35,256 nt of DNA from Toensbergia leucococca (taxonomy: Eukaryota): assembly GCA_022813965.1 (NCBI GenBank), contig JALDZS010000225.1:1-35256 (forward strand), in the 5' to 3' direction. The position numbers and the translations under genes were made by a program. A model generated the notes under the pieces. The model was not told the DNA's origin, did not search any database, and worked only from the letters and a program-made list of their open reading frames with translations. Numbering within the stretch: position 1 is the first letter of the stretch; each line of letters begins with the position of its first letter. Positions 28,398 through 35,256 of this stretch are shown one piece after another.

Positions 28398-28834
28398 TAG
28401 ACTCAAGGAGTTGGGTTCGGTCACGGCAGCTGGTCGGGCACCCCGCTTGCCAGCTTCGGTAGCACAGCTTCGGTAGCAGGCAATGGGATGTTAAGCTCTT
28501 TTGAAAAATCAGGTTCTGTTGGTGAGGGAATGAGAGCCTTAGAGGATGGAGGAATAGAAAGGGCTGAATGTTGCTTGCAAAAAGTACGAGGGGGCGCTAG
28601 AAACAACCGAATATCTCCTATTCTTTCAGACTCTCATGCGGCCGAAACTAGCCAATAAAAAAACATGTGCCTAGGTAGGTATTTAGCGTATGCAAAATCC
28701 TAGAGACAAATTAGATTTTCACATTTTTTTTTCCCCTTCATAGAACTCATACAGTATAATTGACAACTATCAATTATTATCACCTTATTATTATTATATC
28801 ACTAGCAATTTACCTTAAATAGATATATCTAAGG

Positions 28835-29518
28835 TCATACACACTTATTTATGCCTTCAAAATAACATAAGAGATGAAGGTTTTAGATCAGTATTTTATC
28901 TGAGGAACTCATGTGATTATCTTCTTAATTTATAGTAGTAAAAGCCTAAGATAGTAGTTAATTGCACTCAGTATCTCTATTGATACTGTTATTGTTTTTA
29001 AATTATTCATCTGATAAATGTAATTTAGATTCTTTATCTCTATCATTTTAAATCCTTTGACTCTTTTACCTTTTACTCTTTCACTTTTTACTCTTTCACC
29101 TTTTACTCTTTTACCTTTTACTCTTTTACCTTTTACTCTTTTACCTTTTACTCTTTTACCTTTTACTCTTTTACCTTTTACTCTTTTACCTTTTACTCTT
29201 TTACCTTTTACTCTTTCACCTTTTACTCTTTTACCTTCTACTCTTTTAACTCTTTTACCTTCTATTGTTTTAAACTCTTTACTTTAGATTAACTTCTTAG
29301 AATTACTCCTTTAGCTCTTATTGCAGGGCTTTAAAATCACTCTTAAATATATACTCTTTATCAGTATGTCTAAAGTGTTTTCTTTCTTAATAATCACACC
29401 TGCTTTATGCAATAATATATTAGAGAAATGCCTCAAAGTCATCTTTATTAGCTTGAAAGGTAAGTTATACTTATTAAAAATAATATTACATTCAGGATTT
29501 ATGTAATAACTCAGACAT
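28835..29518 (-). pseudogene. Putative mutation-inactivated ORF of unknown family containing a pentapeptide repeat
   Basis: Frame from ATG 29518 (MSELLHKS*M*YYF**V*LTFQANKDDFEAFL*...) runs into (V[K/E]G[K/E]R)n and stays stop-free from ~29,280 to ~28,935; no family recognised. Confidence 0.35.
29060..29263. repeat. 15-bp tandem repeat (ACTCTTTTACCTTTT), 13 full copies plus one partial
   Basis: Directly visible; variants differ only by C/T transitions (e.g. TCA vs TTA, TTCT vs TTTT). Confidence 0.95.
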
Positions 29519-29649
29519 TATATTAAATAAGGGGTTAAGTCAGGAATTCTAAGCAATGTGAATACATATATAAAAGAAATAGCTAATAGCTGTATAGTAG
29601 GTATAGTATTCAAACTAAAAGCTAAGGAGTCAGCTTTATTACAAAGTCA

Positions 29650-31032
29650 TAGCCTCTATTTATTTAAAAGAATAAATGTATAGAAAAATAAGATTGAGAT
29701 AAGCATACAGAAGTTATATAGGTACTGTTAAACCCTCCGTGTCTTACTCTTATATTCACATTATATCATTATTAAGTCACTATCTATCTTATGCATAACA
29801 TTCTTATAGTATAATGCAACTGAGTTATTAATGCCTGAGTAGATGTGATTTAATAATAATGTTATACAAATGATACACATGTGTATTAATATAATACATA
29901 TCTAAGATACTAGTCTAAATCTGTTAGTATGTTATTAATATTATGACATTGCCTTCCCTTCTATGCACTGATTCTTTAGTGAGTAAGAAAGGCATAATTA
30001 GAAAGAAGACAACATCTTAATGTAAATACAGTATCTTTACTTTATAGCAGAAGTTAATCAGTCACAATGAAGTAATTTAATTTAGCATACAGAAGTTGTT
30101 ACAAGTGATCTGCTTTAGCATACTAAGAGATCTTTTTGTGCGTTTTTTAGTCAGCCTTTAATCACAGATAATTATAATTCTTTAAGTCAGAGATGACATA
30201 TTTCTTTGACTGATAGACTTATTGATTTTTCTAATAGAACTTTTTAGTGATTATTAGTCAAGACACTATACCTTTATAGAGATCAGATTTACTCACAGAG
30301 AAAATTAACTGATTATAGTGAGGATAAATAATACTTATTATGTTCTTATTATATGCTTATTTCTAAGGTTGCATTAGTAATTTACTAACGTTAGAGATAA
30401 ATTGAAAATAGTCTCAGTGACAATATTATAGTGAATGTGTTATATTATTGTTATATACCTTAGCAATAAGACTAGGTCAATGTCAATATAAACAGTAAAC
30501 AGTTTAAGATAAAATAATGTTTCTGAATTGTTTTCTTTTTTGCCTTAACAACATCTGCAACACTAAAGGTACATCATCTCTGCGCATGTTATTGAGTTTA
30601 TTTATTGCTAATATTTATAGCAACATTATGAGTTTCTTATCAGGCATATTATTATCTGATATATTATTGAAACCTTCACTCTTATTCTATGTAAGTAATA
30701 AGAAAGTCTTATCTCAGACAAACTTAACTGTGTTATTAGAGTTTATTACTTTACCTTTACACAGTTTATGACTGCTACATTTATCTCATCAGATTATTAT
30801 CTTATCTTCACTGACTAAGCGCGCTACACAGTTAGTAAGTGAGGTTATCAATAATGCTGAGAATCAGATCTAATATAAGTGTAATTAAGAATTTAGTAAA
30901 AACAGTCTTTAGCAGGCACATCAGCTAGTGAGTAATTTTCATGTATTCAGTAATCTTAATAGATCAAGACTCATCTCTTATTTCTGTATTTCTTTATTAC
31001 CTGTGTGTAACTCAATTAAGACTGAACATGAC
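29650..31032 (-). mobile_element. 3' part of an older LTR retroelement (PPT plus start of a 3' LTR), apparent host of the Gypsy insertion
   Basis: Minus strand reads AGAAGGGAAGGCAA (PPT-like, 29962-29949) immediately followed by TGTCATAA at 29948; LTR end uncertain (~29726 or ~29645). Confidence 0.4.
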
Positions 31033-31248
31033 TGTCACAGTCAGGTCTAAAGTCTAGTCATAGAAGTACTATTAAATAAAACACTAAAGGTAAAGATCTA
31101 AAAGTACAGAAAGAGAACGCTATATAAGTATCTGACAGAGTGTCATTAGATAACAGCTGTGACATTTGACAACTCTGTATGTTAACTTCTAACTCTTGTG
31201 TTAACCTTGATCTGTATGTAAGTTAGAATGCTAGAATAAATCATAATA
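31033..31248 (-). repeat. 3' LTR (~216 bp) of the chromoviral Gypsy element
   Basis: Follows PPT GAGGAGGAG-TAA (31260-31249); termini TATTATGA...CTGTGACA are both derivable by transitions from TGTCACGG...CCGTGACA; internal TATA-like TTATATAG. Confidence 0.65.
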
Positions 31249-34200
31249 TTACTCCTCCTCACAAATAAGCAATGCCGTCATTGCTTATAAAGAATAAAAG
31301 AAAAGAAATAAAAAAATTAAAAAATAAAAAAATAAAAAGAAAACACTTTTGTTGTGTAGAAAAAATCATTATATTCCTGCCTGTGTCATATTAGAAGTTG
31401 TAAATTTGTATGAGAAAATTGACGTGTGCATACAAAAATGTGCATCCTAAAAATTTTTTCTGCAGTTCAGCGTGTGCAGGCATCTGATAGCCTAACAGAT
31501 ACTCAGTGAGTATATAAAAGAGAGTACTTTATCTATTTATCTAAATACCTGCTAACTCAGCTTGCAGAAATAAGTATTAAGGCTGTCAGTTAACTTTTTA
31601 GCTGAAATCTTAGAACACTTCTCTTAAGACACTTAATAATAACAGATTGAAGTTCTGAGTCTATTTGATTAAAGTCTTTAATAAAGACTTAACTGCGCTG
31701 CTTAATCAAGTTGCAAATAAGCTTCAGATAACTTTCAGACATCAGAGAGCTATTCTTAATAGTGATGCAGATGAGATTCAGACTTGTCTAAGTACTGAGC
31801 ATAAAATGCATTCATAAGTTCTTAAGAGTGCTTAAACTCATTATTATTCACATTGTATCAGATGTTATCTTAAAGATAATAATGTTATTTAACTCAGTAT
31901 TGAAGGCAGTGATTGATATTAGTACAGTAAGAATCTATGATCTTATCTATCACTTATTTATCTTAATCATCAACTATTACTTACTCAGAGAGAGCATTGA
32001 TCTACTCAGAAAGAGAGTTTATAATGACAGCTCAGAGATGCATAACATAAAATACTGAGTGTATCTTTATAAAGGCTAAGAGCTCTAGTCAGTAGATGAT
32101 TTTAATCTTCTGCAGAATCTTGTACAGATTTATGTTCTTGTCATTAAGCTTGAGGCATAGCCTCTTAATCTTGATGTTATGACAGTTAAAGAAGACCTTC
32201 TAACTCACCTCATAGATAACATCTTTGCAGCAGCAGTTAATGTTGTTAGTCATAATAGCTTAAGCTCATTGCAGTTGTTTCTTCATGTATATTAGACTGT
32301 CTTTTATAGTTTTAATAATGTTTCCTGCTCAGTAAGCAAGAAGACACTCTCAGATACTTTTATAAGTGAAGGTATCTGAGTTAAAACTCATCTGAGAGTA
32401 AAAATCTTTGTTTATAAAGAATAAAGACATTTCTGTAGCAGAGAAAATATTATTGTTGTCTGCAAATTCTCTTATGAGTAAGTGTCAGACTCAGTCATTC
32501 TGATAATAATTATAATAGAGCTAAAGATAAGACTCTATATCTTGATTGACGCGTTCTAATTGCTCATTCATCTGAGGGTAAAAGGTAGTGCTCAGATTAA
32601 TATTGATAGACAGATACTTGCATAAGATCTTTTATATAATGAACACAAACTGAGACTCATAATCTGAAACAATAAAGACTGACAGCTTATACAGATGAAA
32701 GACATTCTAAATCATTATTTTTACAGTTCACTTCACAGAGATATTGTTATTATTAATAGAGCATGATACATAATGACGTTCCTTGCTGAGGTAGTCAATA
32801 ATGATAAGAATGACATTCTTATCTTCAGACTTCAGAAGGTCAGTAATAAAATTCATAACAATGTTCTCTCAGTGTTTAATAAGAATAAATAATGACTGTA
32901 GTAGCTCATTAAGTTTCTCTTTAAAGGCCTTTGTCTGATAACAGTCATGACAGTTTTAGCAGTAATGTTTAATAAAGGCTTACAATTTAGATCAGAAATA
33001 ATATTATTATAGCAGATCTTCTGTGTGAGTAATATCTAAATGACTGCTGACTGAAGAGTTATGAACCTTCTAAAGAATCTTAAGCCTTAACTGATCATCT
33101 GCTGAAACTCATAATTTGTCTTTACAGTAAAAAACATTATCTTTTAGAGAACATGTCTGCAGACTGATGCTCTTATAGTGTGTCTTCTCTTTTATTTAGA
33201 CTCTTTTAGCTGTCAGACACTCTGAGTCAGTCTTGTTAACCTCTGCAGTCCGTTTAAACAGAGGGAATGAGGAGTCTTTTAGATCATTCTTCAGGGCATG
33301 ATCTCTTATAAGGTTATTAATGACATCTGAAATATTTTCTTCTTTCAGGTTAAGAAGTTTAGAGATAATAAAGGTCAGCTTCATTAAAGAAGTCTCTAAT
33401 CAGTCAGCTGTCAGTAGAGTCTGATGTTGATGCAGCTTTTAAGAATCTTCATTATTCAGAGATAAAGAGCTGAGCAGTCTGCTTAGAGTATCTGTCTTTG
33501 CATTCTGTAAGCCTGTTGAATATTAAATCTTAAAGTTAAACTCAGAGAGCTTTTTAGCTTAATAAACCTGCCTTCAGATCAGTTCTTTACTTTTTATAAA
33601 GTAGATTAAAGCTTTATGATTAGTGAAGATCTTTACAGAGATTTTAGTACTCTTCAGATCTGACTGTCAATTTTTAAGACAATGAATAATTATTAGCAAC
33701 TCCTTGTTATAGATCTTATAATTGTATTCTGCAGATATAAGGTTTTTACTAAAGAAGATTACTGAGTGCAGCAGGTCATCATCTTTATACTGAGATAAGA
33801 TGTCTTTACTGACATTATTGAAGGAGTCACATTTTAGAATAATCACTTAAGTGTGATCAAAATGAGTAAGTACTGATGATTTCATCACAGTTTTTTTAAG
33901 AAGTTTAAAGGCTTTCTGACAGACATCTGTTCAGTTAAATCATTTGTTCTTGTCACTCAGCTGCGTCAGTGAGTGATTGATTTTGCTAAAGTTTTTTATA
34001 AACTGTTAGAAGAAGTTACAGAAGTCAATAAAAGACTGTACTTTCTTGAGACACTAAGGGGTATTTCAGTTAGTGATTATCTCAATCTTCTGAAGGTTTA
34101 TTCTTAGCTCATCAATAAAAATCAGCAAGTTTAGAAAGGTAATCTTAGTGACAAAGAACTCACTCTTTTTGATGTCAATTTGCAGACTAACAGTCTGAAG

Positions 34201-35256
34201 CTTCTTAAGAACATTTTTAACATGTTTGACATGTTCTTGCTAAGTCTTGCTGTAGATAAGAATGTCATTTAAGTATGCCTGAGCATAGTCATTGAGACAT
34301 TCAAAGAGAGTGTCATTGATGTAATGCCGAAACAAGGTCAGTTTATTAGTTAAGTTAAAAGAAAAGACACAGTACTCATATGCTCTTATAGAGGTGCAGA
34401 AGGTAGTGAGTTTCTTACTGTCTAAGTGCATTCACAGCTTGTTAAAGGCTGCAATAATGTTAAACTTAATAATAAACTTGCAGTTAGTGATTTAGATCAA
34501 AGTCTCATTAATTAAGGGTAAAGAATACGAGTTCTAACAGATAAAGGCATTTAAGTGTTAGTAATCTACACAGAAGTGTAGACTGTTATCTGATTTAACT
34601 ATAAACAGGATAAGAGACGCAAAGAGAGTCTTACTCAGAACAATAAATCTCTTGTCTAAATTCTCAGACATGTACTCTTTTATCTTCTGAAGTTTCTCCT
34701 CAGATATAAGATAGAGCTGACTCTTAGATAGTGAATTCTAACTCTTCAACTCTATCTTATAATTATAGAAGCGTCTAAGAGACAGAACTTTAACTGCTTG
34801 CTTATTAAAAACATCAGTGTAATCATGATATTTTAAAGGCAGTTTGATCATCAGTTTCACAATATTCACTGAGCTCATTTCACTCAAAAAGATAATCTTT
34901 AATAAAGAAGGATTCTCAGTTACTTTCTGCGCCTGTAACTTCTCAATCTTTGCAATAATAATAAAGAAAATCTAATTCTGTGAGTTCTTTATTAGAAGGT
35001 AAAATAAGGTGACATTGACTTTATGAATATTTACTGAGATAAGTGTTTAATAACTCTCAGATTATCTTTAGACTGAGATCACAGATTCTATCTCTGTCAG
35101 ATTCACTGCGGCGTTTATTCTTTAATAAGCAATCTTAGTTTCTGTTTAGTGACTTTTATATAATATCTCTGAGAACAAAGGCTCTTAAGCATCTAAAAGA
35201 GTGCATAAAGATGTCTTATTTTCTCAGAGAAAGTTTAAGTTTTATCAGAAGTATTG
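31033..35256 (-). mobile_element. Ty3/Gypsy chromovirus LTR retrotransposon, inactivated, 5' part beyond the window
   Basis: Degenerate pol in the order RT (~34850-33900: LHFCVDY*HLNA, FSFNLTN, YLNDILIYS from YLDD), RNase H (~33850-33500: AEYNYKIYNKELL), integrase HHCC (~33070-32930: VHNS..SH...NCHDC) and core, chromodomain (~31970-31780: DKIIDS...LQY*VK*...AFYAQYLDKS). Confidence 0.93.

Larger units (their letters stand above)
28740..35256. repeat. AT-rich block of RIP-like mutated transposon and gene remnants
   Basis: Sharp compositional change near 28,740; CpG almost absent; stop-riddled reading frames whose motifs are recovered by reversing C->T/G->A changes. Confidence 0.9.

Noticed and set aside
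29060..29263. Regular repeat array as a CRISPR, or the + strand (TLLPF)n ORF 29057-29287 as a gene
   Set aside because: Head-to-tail units with no spacers, eukaryotic context; the ORF is a by-product of a stop-free repeat and starts at TTG.
28740..29720. A different (CpA-type) mutation signature in the left part of the AT block
   Set aside because: A spot count in 29281-29580 shows somewhat more CC/GG but CA is still frequent; too little sequence and no ancestral reference to support the claim.
31033..31164. 132-bp segment bounded by TGTCACAG...CTGTGACA as a MITE or solo LTR
   Set aside because: Flanks (ATGAC / TTTGA) are not a target-site duplication; the PPT at 31251-31260 supports a longer LTR 31033-31248 that contains this inverted copy.

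Overview
Eukaryotic DNA from a filamentous ascomycete (Pezizomycotina; short GT-AG introns with CTAAC/CTGAC branch points, RIP-like decayed repeats). A compact island (~320-28,740) holds 13 intron-containing, mostly housekeeping genes: ABHD11/IMO32-like hydrolase (+), RPS1 (-), URC1/urg1 GTP-cyclohydrolase-II-like protein (-), ELF1 (+), uracil phosphoribosyltransferase (-), WAPL (+), Rheb (+), seryl-tRNA synthetase (+), ZUP1/Mug105-type C78 deubiquitinase (+), a CYP7/CYP8-like P450 (-), FAP7/AK6 (+), HAM1 (-) and myosin V (-). AT-rich, heavily C->T/G->A-mutated DNA flanks both sides. The right block contains a dead ORF with a 15-bp tandem repeat and a chromodomain Ty3/Gypsy element (RT-RNaseH-integrase-chromodomain, PPT, 3' LTR) that appears nested in an older LTR element. 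The most notable points are a partial URC uracil-catabolism gene pair, a RIP-like signature dominated by CpC/CpG rather than CpA, a P450 lacking the I-helix threonine, FAP7/HAM1 stop codons only 28 bp apart, and frequent AAG splice acceptors. I found no clearly new biological system. All gene models and counts were made by hand and homologies come from recalled motifs, not database searches.
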